This document shows, in pieces, positions 55,285 to 64,000 of a stretch of 64,000 nucleotides of DNA. The notes beneath the pieces were generated by a model. That model did no database searches. It saw only the letters and a list, made by a program, of their open reading frames with translations, and was not told the DNA's origin. Position 1 is the stretch's first letter, and each line of letters begins with the position of its first letter. The translations under genes were made by a program, and so were the position numbers. This DNA is from Candidatus Aenigmatarchaeota archaeon. GTDB taxonomy: Archaea; Aenigmatarchaeota; Aenigmatarchaeia; QMZP01; JAFGSV01. The stretch spans positions 44,373 through 108,372 of the forward strand of contig JAFGSV010000012.1 in the NCBI GenBank assembly GCA_016934325.1. The letters run 5' to 3'.

Positions 55285-56160
55285 ATGCCCTCCCTGTACG
55301 AGAGAATGGCGAAGGCGTCTTTTGGCTGGCTGGCTGACAAAACGGTCACGAACTTCGAGCCGCTAAAGCCATACCTCAAGGGCGCCAGGATCAAGATGCT
55401 GATCAAGGCATGGGTCGGTGTCATATACCTGAGCTCCTTGATCGCTTTCTTCGCTTCGCTCGCGGCCGTCGTTATCCTTGGGATGCTTTATGACATCTAC
55501 TACCTGATATACCTGATCATGCTGGTCTTCATCCCCATACTGGGCGCATCCTTCACGTTCCTGACGCTCTACGTGTATCCGATGCAGAAGGCCAAGAGCA
55601 GGGCGAAATCCATCGAGAACAACCTGCCCTTCGCCGTGACCCACATGTCTGCGATAGCCTCATCCGGCATCCCGCCAGAGTTCATGTTCAGCCTGATAGG
55701 GGGCTTCAGGGAGTACGGGGAGATATCGGAGGAGGCGAACATGATAGTCAGGAACATAAGGACCTTCGGCTCCTCGAGCATCGCCGCCATGAAGAACGTC
55801 GCCAACCAGACCCCGAGCAAGGATCTGAAGGAGATATTGATGGGCATAAGCTCGACGATCGAGACTGGAGGGAACCTCACGGCCTACCTCAGGGAGATGT
55901 CGGAGAAGGCGCTGTTCGACTACAGGATAAAGAGGGAGAAGTACATCAAGACGCTTTCGACATACGCCGACATCTACACGGCGCTGCTCGTGGCGGCCCC
56001 CCTGTTCCTGCTGTCCACCATGGCAATAATGAGCATAATCGGAGGGGACATAATGGGACTGACGACGGGGCAGATAGTCACCCTTATGACCTGGCTGCTC
56101 CTGCCGGTGATGAACACGGCGTTCCTCGCCTTCATCCACATAACGTATCCGGGTGTTTAG
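55285..56160 (+). CDS. TadB-like platform protein (single T2SSF domain)
   Basis: TM-TM-helical cytoplasmic domain-TM. The first of two adjacent half-size FlaJ-like genes. Confidence 0.6.
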   Translation: MPSLYERMAKASFGWLADKTVTNFEPLKPYLKGARIKMLIKAWVGVIYLSSLIAFFASLAAVVILGMLYDIYYLIYLIMLVFIPILGASFTFLTLYVYPMQKAKSRAKSIENNLPFAVTHMSAIASSGIPPEFMFSLIGGFREYGEISEEANMIVRNIRTFGSSSIAAMKNVANQTPSKDLKEILMGISSTIETGGNLTAYLREMSEKALFDYRIKREKYIKTLSTYADIYTALLVAAPLFLLSTMAIMSIIGGDIMGLTTGQIVTLMTWLLLPVMNTAFLAFIHITYPGV

Positions 56161-57024
56161 ATGGAGATAAAGAGGTATTACGGGGAGATACTGTCGATAA
56201 TCGCAGGCGTGCTTATCATCATGGGGAACATCTTCGTTTTCCCGACGCTCATACCGCCCGAAATATTCACGGTCGTCGAGCCCCTGATAAACATGCTGGG
56301 GGCCCTGATCGCCATAGTCCCGCCGGTTCTCATTTTCTACACGAGGTACAAGGAGAGCAAGGAGGTAGAGGCGCAGTTCACGATATTCATCACGGACTTC
56401 ACGGAGGCCATAGATTCGGGAATGACCTTGCCCATGGCGCTCAGGTTCTGCGGCAAGAAGAGCTATGGGGTCCTGACGCCCAGCATCAGGTCGATAACGG
56501 CGCAGGTCGACTGGGGCATCCCCTTCAGGGAAGCGCTGAAGATGTTCAGCCACAAGGTGGGCTCCATTACCGTGAGGAGGGCGATCACCACGATAATAGA
56601 GACCTACAAGGTGGGAGGGAAGATATCGGACACCCTGAAGGCCGTGGGCGAGAGCCTGATAGAGATAAACAAGATCAAGGCCGAGAGGTCCGTGTCCGTG
56701 CAGTCCCAGATACTGACGTCCTATCTGATATTCTTCGTCTTCATCTTCATCCTCGTCATCCTGCAGAGCTTCCTCATACCCGCCCTCACTCCCCAGACCG
56801 ACGTCGCAGGCATAACGTCGATGTCGGGAGGGGCCGTGCCCGAGATGTTCCCTCCCGAGATATTCGTGAACTTCATAGTTGTCCAGGGATTCTTCGCCGG
56901 GCTGGCCACCGGGAAGATGGCCGAGGGGTCCGTCGTGGCGGGGGTGAAGCACTCCCTCGTGCTCATAGTCATCGGTTACAGCATATTCAGCATAGCTGGC
57001 CATTTCCAGATAAGCTTCTTCTAG
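56161..57024 (+). CDS. TadC-like platform protein (single T2SSF domain)
   Basis: Same architecture. Its start abuts the stop of the previous gene. Confidence 0.6.
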   Translation: MEIKRYYGEILSIIAGVLIIMGNIFVFPTLIPPEIFTVVEPLINMLGALIAIVPPVLIFYTRYKESKEVEAQFTIFITDFTEAIDSGMTLPMALRFCGKKSYGVLTPSIRSITAQVDWGIPFREALKMFSHKVGSITVRRAITTIIETYKVGGKISDTLKAVGESLIEINKIKAERSVSVQSQILTSYLIFFVFIFILVILQSFLIPALTPQTDVAGITSMSGGAVPEMFPPEIFVNFIVVQGFFAGLATGKMAEGSVVAGVKHSLVLIVIGYSIFSIAGHFQISFF

Positions 57025-57099
57025 GAAAGGCCGTTTCCGGGAAGAAGAGAACCATATTTAAGCTGCTGCGGGGAAATAATAATCATAGGCTGATGCGTC

Positions 57100-57528
57100 A
57101 TGGCGAGGAAAGCGATCTCACCCATCATTGCCATCGTTATCATAATAGCCATAGTGGTGACGCTGGGCGGCCTGCTGTCATCCTGGCTGAGCGGCTTCGT
57201 TTCGGAAAGCACCCAGACCGACATGTGCGCCATAAACACCATGTACACCGTCAGCGAGGCGACTCACAACGAGACTAGCGGATTGATAAAGGTCAAGGTA
57301 AAGAACAACGGCAGGTACGGGCTTTACAACTTCTCCATCGAGGCCGACAACGGGACGACCATAGCCCTGATCCCCTCCACGTCCCCGGCCCCCACGTACA
57401 TACTCGGGACGGGCAAGACCCAGTACGTGCTGGCGAACAGCTCGGGCTACAACATCACCAAAATCGAGAGCATCAAGGTGCTCGTCGGCTCATGCCAGGC
57501 GTACTCGCCCTCGCCTGTCGGTATTTAG
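57100..57528 (+). CDS. Archaeal type IV pilin (DUF361/Flp-like, class III signal)
   Basis: 'MARKA|ISPIIAIVIIIAIVVTLGG', N-glycosylation sequons, beta-rich C-terminus. Confidence 0.65.
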   Translation: MARKAISPIIAIVIIIAIVVTLGGLLSSWLSGFVSESTQTDMCAINTMYTVSEATHNETSGLIKVKVKNNGRYGLYNFSIEADNGTTIALIPSTSPAPTYILGTGKTQYVLANSSGYNITKIESIKVLVGSCQAYSPSPVGI

Positions 57529-57575
57529 CAAATATTTAAAAGCAACCGACGCCAATAAATAAAAAGGAGAATGAA

Positions 57576-58010
57576 ATGACACGGAAATCAAAGGGCATAT
57601 CGCCTTTGGTCGCGGTCATCATGCTGATAGCGTTCACGATGATCGTCGCTGGAATTCTTGCCGGGTGGGCCACAAGGTTCGCCACCGAGCAGAGGAGCAT
57701 CCTCGAGAAGTGCGTAAGGGCCAACATAGTGATCAAGAGGGCTACCTACGCGGCCGGGAACCTGAGCGTTATGCTCTACAACGCGGGGACTGTCCCCCTC
57801 ACCAACTTCCAGGTGCAGGTCACCTACAACAGCAAGGGACCCCCCATGCCGAGCACTTGGACGATCTACGACTCGATCGATGCCAACTCCTTCGAGACCT
57901 TCTCACACAACGTGACGAACACGAGCATAGATTTCGTCGAGATGAGGTCGGTGGAGTGCCAGGGCGCCTACGACCTGATCAGAAGCTATGACGTAGTCGG
58001 GCTTCCCTGA
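57576..58010 (+). CDS. Archaeal type IV pilin (DUF361/Flp-like, class III signal)
   Basis: 'MTRKSKG|ISPLVAVIMLIAFTMIVAG'. SD 'AGGAGA' upstream. Confidence 0.65.
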   Translation: MTRKSKGISPLVAVIMLIAFTMIVAGILAGWATRFATEQRSILEKCVRANIVIKRATYAAGNLSVMLYNAGTVPLTNFQVQVTYNSKGPPMPSTWTIYDSIDANSFETFSHNVTNTSIDFVEMRSVECQGAYDLIRSYDVVGLP

Positions 58011-58042
58011 GCGGCGGATCAGGCCCTTCTTGGAAGCATCGC

Positions 58043-61000
58043 TCATTCGACGGCCTTGAGGCCCGTCACGAACCCCAGCAGCTTCTTGACCTTGCTCTTC
58101 GCCACGTATGGGGAAATGTCCTTGCTCACCCATTCCAGCAAGGCCTCCTTGTCCTTGTAGTAGAGCGATATGAATTCCGCCACGTTGTCGTACTTCAGGA
58201 CGTCGTGCCTGAGCATCCATTCCAGCACCTTCTTCCTGTTCTCGAACTCCTCCTTTATGAGCTCGTAGTTCATCCCCTTCTCGAAGGATATCTTCCTCAG
58301 CAGGTCGGATTCGGTCAGTGCGCTGTCGAAGCCGTCCCTGGACGGGACCCAGACGAAGCTCTTCAGAGTCTTGGCCTTTCCCGAATCTATGTCGACCGAC
58401 TGGACCTCGACTATCTCCTTGATCCTCCTGGCCGATTCGCCCCTCTCCTTGGCCCTTATCATCACGAGAAGCAGGTCCAGCGACTCGACGAGGCTGGGGG
58501 AGAGCTCGATCGGCGGCGTCTCGAGCCTCTTTATGACATCCTCCACGGAGCCCGCGTGCATTGTGCCTATGCTGGCGTGGCCGCTGGCCATGCCCTGGAA
58601 CATGACGTACGCCTCCTTGCCCCTCACCTCGCCCACGATGACGTAGTCCGGGTTCTGCCTGAAGGACTCCTTCAGCAGCTCGAACAGGGTGACCTCCCCG
58701 TACCGCTTCCCGCTCGCCTCGGGCACCCCGAAGCCGATCCTCGAGACGGCAGGGATCCAGTTCTCGTGGGGCAGGTTCAGCTCCCTCGTATTGTGCAGTA
58801 TTACATTTGAGCACAAGAAATTCTCAAACCCGGGAACGGATATATCGTAAACCATCCTCTTTCTTTTTGGCAGTTTCTTGACCTTTGCCACTTTATCCCA
58901 TAATATGTCCGAGTGGGAAATATCATTGAAAATAGAGCCTTTCTCGGAGATTTCCCGAAGATAATCCCGTCCAATCCTCTGCATCCCTTGCAGATAGGGC
59001 CAACAGATTTTATGGTGATCGTTTACCTTTCTCAGTTGGCATTCTGTCAAAGGAATGACGTCAGAACAGGTGTGTTTCGGTTTTTTCAAGCATATCTTAT
59101 CAAGCTTGACGCTTTTCCTGCCTTGCAGGAAACCCACGTCATTCTTGAATTTCTTTACATTGTCATAAGATGATACGGATAGAGAAACGCAATGATCCTT
59201 TCTATTGAAATCCCCCATCCTCGAGATTATCCCCAGCCTCAGAAACACCGTTTGTATGTCTTTGAGCAGTTCCAAACTCTGGGAGGAGCAGGACACCTCA
59301 TAGTTCTTAACGGTGCCGTCAGCGCTGAAATAGCCTTTGAGGACCTGTTTGAGTTGCTTGTTGCTGAGGTTGAAGATCGTGTCGGGGATTCCTTTCGTCC
59401 TGGAATACCCGTCAAGCTTGAGTACGTATTTCATGAACTTATAGAATATCGTGCTGTTGACAGACATGGAAACGCCATCGTTCATGCATGTTATGTTGAG
59501 ATCCAGTTTTCTTGCTAACCGCTCAACGATTCCCCTGCACTCACGGTCGCTGTTGGATATTATCACCCTGTTTGAGTTGTGGTTATCATAACTCCCATCA
59601 CCGAGCCACAAGCCGACGAAATTCAAAAATGCATCATCGAGATGAAAGATCACAGGCAGAGACTTCATGCCTCTGCTCTTAATCCTGAGCTGTCGCAGCT
59701 CGGACTTGGTAAAGGCGATGTCATCTTTCCGCAATCTGGATATTCTCATGATACCCCTTTTCTTGCACCATTGATACGTCGATTTCGACATCTTAAGATC
59801 TCTATAGCCCCTGTTCGCAAGCAACCTTCTCACCGGTTTCCCGGCAAGGAAATCATCCCTGTAGACATCCATGAAGTCCAGGAGGTTGATGATAGCTTTC
59901 CTTTCACCGTCAACGGGCAGAATTCTTGGCACGGCAATGAATTTACCTTCGATATCTGCCGGTTTGGCCTCTTCCATACCATTCTCGCCCCAGGAAAACA
60001 GCGAGTGATCGGAGGTCACCCTCACGGTTCTACCGGTGGATGTGAGGATTTCATAGACATCCTTATCGACCGAATGCTTGAAAATCTTTGAGGGTTCGGC
60101 GAACTTGATCTTGTAGTTGCCGTCCAATGTCAGAATCGGTTTTTTCGTGTCCTTATCAATATAATCCTTTATGCTCATCCTCTTTATGCCATTATCCTTC
60201 ACCAGGATTTCCGCCTCCCCCGTTACGCTGTCCTCGATGCTGACAATCCTGGCCTCGGGCTGTATGAACAGCGTGATGGCGTTCAGCATGCTGGTCTTGC
60301 CCGTGCTGACACCTCCGCATATGAGCAGTGATATGCCCGACTGGACGACAAGCCACAGGTAGGCCATGACATCCGTCGATGCCGTCCCCATCTTGATGAG
60401 CTCAATGGGGGAGAAGGGGAACTTCCTGAACTTCCTGATGGAGAACGTCGGGCCCTTGGTCGTGACGTCCTTGGCGAGCGACGCCTGCACCCTGCTTCCG
60501 TCTGGCAGGCTGCCGTCCAGCAGGGGCCTCGCGTACGATATGTACCTGCCGCAGCGCTCGGACAGCTTGACGACGAAGTTGTTCAGGTTGCCCATGTCCT
60601 TGTAAACCACGTTGCTGGCAAGGGAGCCGAATTTCGTGTGCACGACGTATATGGGGCTGTTTGCGCCGTCGCACCCCACGTCCTCTATGAACGGGTCGTG
60701 CATCATGGGCTCTATCTCGTTGAGCCCTATGAAGTCCCTGTAGATGTAATAGAGTATCTTCACGTACTGCTTCGACGAGAGGCGCACCCCCTCCTCTTCG
60801 AGGACAGCCAGCACCTTCTTCTCGAGGTACTCCATCGCCGTCCCCTGCTCCTCGAGGCTCGTCAGCTCAACGTCTATAAGCTCCAGGATGTCGCTCTTCA
60901 CCTTTTCCAGGATCTCCTGGTCGCTCTTGGTCAGCCTGGGCTCCAGGACGTTGTACCGCAGCACCTTCCTCTCCGGGTCCCACTTTATGTTCGCGAACAC

Positions 61001-61147
61001 GAGCGGCTCGAGAAGCGGGTATCTTATGTCGAGGTCCCTGACGTTCTTGGCGCTTGGCAGCGTGATGAGGAAAGATGGCTCCTTGATCTCTATCTTGGGG
61101 TACTGGCTGGATTTCTTCTTCTTGAACAAGGTTCTCAACGATTTCAT
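58043..61147 (-). CDS. FlaI/PilB/TadA-like secretion ATPase interrupted by a 480-aa intein
   Basis: Walker A 'GGVSTGKTSML'. The Asp box is split 'RIVSIED|...|TRELNLPHENWIP'. His box 'GTMHAGS'. Extein total ~554 aa, typical of FlaI. Confidence 0.85.
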   Translation of the reverse strand: MKSLRTLFKKKKSSQYPKIEIKEPSFLITLPSAKNVRDLDIRYPLLEPLVFANIKWDPERKVLRYNVLEPRLTKSDQEILEKVKSDILELIDVELTSLEEQGTAMEYLEKKVLAVLEEEGVRLSSKQYVKILYYIYRDFIGLNEIEPMMHDPFIEDVGCDGANSPIYVVHTKFGSLASNVVYKDMGNLNNFVVKLSERCGRYISYARPLLDGSLPDGSRVQASLAKDVTTKGPTFSIRKFRKFPFSPIELIKMGTASTDVMAYLWLVVQSGISLLICGGVSTGKTSMLNAITLFIQPEARIVSIEDSVTGEAEILVKDNGIKRMSIKDYIDKDTKKPILTLDGNYKIKFAEPSKIFKHSVDKDVYEILTSTGRTVRVTSDHSLFSWGENGMEEAKPADIEGKFIAVPRILPVDGERKAIINLLDFMDVYRDDFLAGKPVRRLLANRGYRDLKMSKSTYQWCKKRGIMRISRLRKDDIAFTKSELRQLRIKSRGMKSLPVIFHLDDAFLNFVGLWLGDGSYDNHNSNRVIISNSDRECRGIVERLARKLDLNITCMNDGVSMSVNSTIFYKFMKYVLKLDGYSRTKGIPDTIFNLSNKQLKQVLKGYFSADGTVKNYEVSCSSQSLELLKDIQTVFLRLGIISRMGDFNRKDHCVSLSVSSYDNVKKFKNDVGFLQGRKSVKLDKICLKKPKHTCSDVIPLTECQLRKVNDHHKICWPYLQGMQRIGRDYLREISEKGSIFNDISHSDILWDKVAKVKKLPKRKRMVYDISVPGFENFLCSNVILHNTRELNLPHENWIPAVSRIGFGVPEASGKRYGEVTLFELLKESFRQNPDYVIVGEVRGKEAYVMFQGMASGHASIGTMHAGSVEDVIKRLETPPIELSPSLVESLDLLLVMIRAKERGESARRIKEIVEVQSVDIDSGKAKTLKSFVWVPSRDGFDSALTESDLLRKISFEKGMNYELIKEEFENRKKVLEWMLRHDVLKYDNVAEFISLYYKDKEALLEWVSKDISPYVAKSKVKKLLGFVTGLKAVE
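58790..60229 (-). mobile_element. Intein with LAGLIDADG homing-endonuclease domain (in pilus ATPase)
   Basis: Starts 'SVTGEAEILVKDNG' (Ser1). 'FVGLWLGDGSYD' and 'LKGYFSADGTV' LAGLIDADG blocks. Ends 'NVILHN' with +1 Thr. AT-rich relative to the exteins. Confidence 0.75.
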
Positions 61148-61151
61148 GAGT

Positions 61152-61427
61152 TTACCTTTTCTTCCTTCTTACGATGTGCCTGTGCCTCGCGCAGGCTGGG
61201 CACGCGTACATCTTGCTGCTCATCAGCGAGATCGGCCGCCTGTTCCCCGGCCTGAGCTCTTCCTTCAGGAGGGGATCTGTGATCCTGAATCCCCTCACCA
61301 CCGAGAAGGTCTTGTACTTGGGGACCTTCCTGCCGCAGAACGCGCAGGTGACAAGGGTTTCCTTGCCCCTGCCCGGGCCGTGCTTCCATCCTCTGGTGTA
61401 TCCTTTATTAGGTCTCATATGATCCAC
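61152..61427 (-). CDS. rps26e: Ribosomal protein S26e
   Basis: 'VTCAFCGRKVPKYK...YACPACARHRHIVRRKK' matches the S26e two-Cys-pair pattern. Lies 4 nt upstream of the ATPase start. Confidence 0.6.
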   Translation of the reverse strand: MDHMRPNKGYTRGWKHGPGRGKETLVTCAFCGRKVPKYKTFSVVRGFRITDPLLKEELRPGNRRPISLMSSKMYACPACARHRHIVRRKKR

Positions 61428-61492
61428 CTTTAATTATTGTTGAATCCCAACTATTAAAATGGTGCACATAGAAAAGCGCCCGCCTCGGCAGC

Positions 61493-62953
61493 CTAGCCTT
61501 TGATGACTCCCAAGGGCTCGAACCTGGCGACCCGCAGGGATATGCCAGCGCCATGCACCGAATCCACGACCGCCTCGACGTCCTTGTACGCCAGGGGGGC
61601 CTCCTCGGCCAGGCTCTGTGGGTGCGGGCTCTTGGACTCGATGCCCTTCCGCGCCAGCTCGTCCTTTATCTTCCCGCCCCAGAACCTCTTTATGGCCGCG
61701 TGCCTGCTCATGGCCCGGCCTGCGCCGTGCGCGCTGGACCCGAAGGTCTTCTCGAGCGCCGTCTCGGTGCCTTTCAGCAGATAAGAGCTGGTGCCCATGG
61801 TGCCGGCGATTATGACGGGCTTCCCGGGATATGACCTGGTGGCCCCCTTCCTGTGAACGTACAGGGACCTCCTCTTGCCGTCTATCTTGAACTCCTCCAG
61901 CTTGACGATGTTGTGCGCTATGGCGTACACGGTCCTCATTTCCATGTCCTCCCAGGTCCTGCCGAACACGCGCTCGAACACCTCCCTGATCCACTTGGTC
62001 ATGACGGCCCTGTTCGTGAATGAGTAGTTCACGGCCGCCTTCATCGCCGCGAAGAAGTCCTGGCCTTCCTTGGAATCCACCGGGGCGCACGCCAGCTGCT
62101 TGTCGGGCAGCCATATCTTGTACTTCTGGACGGCCTGCTCCTGGATCTTCAGGTAGTCCGTCGCGATCTGGTGGCCCAGCCCCCTCGAGCCGCAGTGCAG
62201 CATGATGGTCACCTGGTCCGGGCCGGTAAGCCCCCATTTCTCCGCGGTCTGCCTGTCGAAGATGTCGGTGACCCTCTGTATCTCCAGGAAGTGGTTGCCC
62301 GCCCCAAGCGTACCGCACTGGGGGGCTCCCCTCTTCTTGGCGAGGTCGGACACCTTGTCCGGGTCTGCGCCGGCCATCCTGCCGCCCTCCTCGGTCGCCT
62401 GCTGGTCCTCCTTGGTCACATAGCCGTTGTCGACGGCCCAGTCAAGGCCCTTGACGAGGATCTCGTCCAGCTGTCCCGGGCTGAGCCTCAGCTTGCCCCC
62501 GGAGCCCACCCCGCAAGGGACCGCGCTGAAGAGGCCGTCAACGAGCTCCTTCTGCCTCTTCCTGACATCGTCGGCGGTGAGGTTCGTCCTTATGAGGTTT
62601 ATGCCGCAGTTTATGTCGAAGCCGCAAAGGCCGGCGGATATTATGCCCTCCTTGTCATCGAACGCGGATACCGCGCCCATGGGAAGCCCATATCCCCAGT
62701 GCATGTCCGGCAACCCCACGACGGGGCTGACAACCCCCGGAAGGGTGGCGACGTTCGTGAGCTGCTGGATGGCGTCCTCCTCTATCGCATCCAGGATCTT
62801 CTGGTTCGCGATTATCCTGGCGTCTACCCTCATCTCCTGCCTGGCCGATTTCGGCAGGAGCCATTCGAACCCGTTCACCTTTTTCAGCTTTTCCTTCATG
62901 CACAACACCGCCGTGTGTCGAGGATGATGATATTGATATTGTTCATTATTCAT
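61493..62953 (-). CDS. rtcB: RNA-splicing ligase RtcB
   Basis: 486 aa, 'MLHCGSRGLGHQIATDY', 'SSAHGAGR'. Intein-free. Confidence 0.9.
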   Translation of the reverse strand: MNNEQYQYHHPRHTAVLCMKEKLKKVNGFEWLLPKSARQEMRVDARIIANQKILDAIEEDAIQQLTNVATLPGVVSPVVGLPDMHWGYGLPMGAVSAFDDKEGIISAGLCGFDINCGINLIRTNLTADDVRKRQKELVDGLFSAVPCGVGSGGKLRLSPGQLDEILVKGLDWAVDNGYVTKEDQQATEEGGRMAGADPDKVSDLAKKRGAPQCGTLGAGNHFLEIQRVTDIFDRQTAEKWGLTGPDQVTIMLHCGSRGLGHQIATDYLKIQEQAVQKYKIWLPDKQLACAPVDSKEGQDFFAAMKAAVNYSFTNRAVMTKWIREVFERVFGRTWEDMEMRTVYAIAHNIVKLEEFKIDGKRRSLYVHRKGATRSYPGKPVIIAGTMGTSSYLLKGTETALEKTFGSSAHGAGRAMSRHAAIKRFWGGKIKDELARKGIESKSPHPQSLAEEAPLAYKDVEAVVDSVHGAGISLRVARFEPLGVIKG

Positions 62954-63015
62954 CGATCATATATAAATAATGTAATGGTAAATCGAGCGAGAGAATATTG
63001 ACGGCGTCAACAATG

Positions 63016-63429
63016 TCAGATGTCGAGGCTGACCCTTGCAAGGTATCCCTTATCCGTCTTTTCCAGCCTGAACCCGTAATAGGTTACGGCCTTGACGACG
63101 GTCTCCCCCAGCTCGGGCCTGATGCCTTCCCCGTGGACCTTCGCTTTCAGATGAAAATCATCTATCTCAAGTATTTCGAACCTCGAGAAGAACAAGCCGT
63201 CGGTATCGACCAGTCCGATCAAGTGCTGAAGCCAGTTGATGAGCAGCTCTTCCCTGCCCTTGCCCCCGACTTCAACGGACCGGGTTTCCTTTCCCTTGAC
63301 CTTGTCGAGCTTGCATATGACGCTGAACATGGCAATGGCTGCGTTGGTGAAGACCTCCCTCAGGTCCTTGCCGTAGGCCTCGAACATCACGTCCGAGGTT
63401 AGATCGTCGACAAACTTGTACCCGTCCAT
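63016..63429 (-). CDS. Archease (RtcB activator)
   Basis: 137 aa, 'DVMFEAYGKDLREVFTNAAIAMFSV'. Directly upstream of rtcB on the same strand. Confidence 0.7.
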   Translation of the reverse strand: MDGYKFVDDLTSDVMFEAYGKDLREVFTNAAIAMFSVICKLDKVKGKETRSVEVGGKGREELLINWLQHLIGLVDTDGLFFSRFEILEIDDFHLKAKVHGEGIRPELGETVVKAVTYYGFRLEKTDKGYLARVSLDI

Positions 63430-63495
63430 ATCGTACCGCCAATTATCACTGGGGAAGGAACATATAAAAGAGCGGCGAGCAAGGCGCTAGCATGC

Positions 63496-63993
63496 CTATT
63501 TGAATATGACGCCCTTGTCGGTCAGGTCGTACTCGACCCAACCGCCCTTGCAGGATGTCCCCCTCATCCTGAGGACTCGCAGGAACTTGCCCCCCTCCTC
63601 CATCTTCGTCTCGATCAGGCCGTCCGTGAGGAAGTTCAGCGTGTTGACCGTCTGTGGGTCATGGACCCCCTCCTCCAGCACGAGCAGCTCCGTGGCCCCC
63701 CTCTTCCTCGCCTTGGCTATCAGGATCGGTATGAACTTGATCACCATGTCGGTCGAGACGTACAGCAGCAGGGATGAAAGGGAGTCGAAAACGCCCCTCT
63801 TGTTCTGGCTGTTCGCCAGCTTGTCGAGCAGGTCCGACAGCGAAAGGTTGAGGGAGTCGATGTTTAGCCCGCCCTGCAGGACGTGCTTCCATACCTTCTC
63901 CTCGGCGCCCCCCGTCCTCCATGAATATATGTCGAGGAACAATAGCTTCCTGGATCTGATGAACGGGCCGATGTCCCATGAGAAGCTGCTCAT
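63496..63993 (-). CDS. RecA-superfamily KaiC/RadA-like ATPase, C-terminal part (gene continues beyond window end)
   Basis: 'FLRVLRMRGTSCKGGWVEYDLTDKGVIFK' KaiC-like C-terminus. The N-terminus lies past nt 64000. Confidence 0.35.
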   Translation of the reverse strand: MSSFSWDIGPFIRSRKLLFLDIYSWRTGGAEEKVWKHVLQGGLNIDSLNLSLSDLLDKLANSQNKRGVFDSLSSLLLYVSTDMVIKFIPILIAKARKRGATELLVLEEGVHDPQTVNTLNFLTDGLIETKMEEGGKFLRVLRMRGTSCKGGWVEYDLTDKGVIFK

Positions 63994-64000
63994 CTTCTCC

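Noticed and set aside
57903-58814. 303-aa ORF antisense to the 3' end of the intein-containing ATPase
   Set aside because: R/G-rich product inside a gene with unambiguous ATPase and intein motifs on the other strand.
1-64000. CRISPR arrays, rRNA genes, transposase or integrase genes
   Set aside because: No short direct-repeat or spacer periodicity, no rRNA-like conserved stretches, and no transposase, integrase or recombinase ORFs were seen. The only mobile elements supported are the two inteins.

Overview
This 64-kb window is archaeal, about 57-60% GC with a dense core gene set; it contains one intron-bearing tRNA and no rRNA or CRISPR arrays. Recognisable genes are a 5'-truncated N-glycosylated cadherin-repeat surface protein, a PriS primase fused to a PriL-type Fe-S domain, the L44e-S27e-aIF2alpha cluster, SRP54, Pus10, L21e-RpoF, TFB, GTP-type PEPCK, ABCE1, a TGS GTPase, diphthine synthase, Alba, enolase, a bacterial-type iPGM, the AMP-salvage trio (AMP phosphorylase, type III RuBisCO, ribose-1,5-bisphosphate isomerase), RadC, RadA, RPA, S26e, RtcB and archease. 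Three things stand out. (1) A large type IV filament-like locus at 28.1-41.1 kb: an unusually long FlaI/VirB11-family ATPase, a FlaJ/TadC-like platform, a 1153-aa Cys-rich multi-TM protein and 8-9 small N-terminally anchored, Cys-rich pilin-like proteins, one with a bacterial-style G|FxxxE prepilin motif. It sits in a lower-GC block, and a tandem array of four paralogous small membrane proteins lies upstream. This is the best candidate for an undescribed surface-filament or secretion system. (2) A second, compact pilus locus at 55.3-61.1 kb: split TadB/TadC-like platform genes, two DUF361-like pilins and a FlaI-like ATPase interrupted by a 480-aa LAGLIDADG intein. (3) A second, 500-aa intein that splits the phosphate-binding 'KHSxGG' loop of AMP phosphorylase. 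Both inteins start with Ser, end with HN and are clearly AT-richer than their host genes. Smaller anomalies are a tRNA whose isotype I could not resolve by hand, low-GC islets at 14.2-14.6 kb and 51.9-52.1 kb, and an accessory-looking segment with duplicated promoters at 22.06-24.3 kb.
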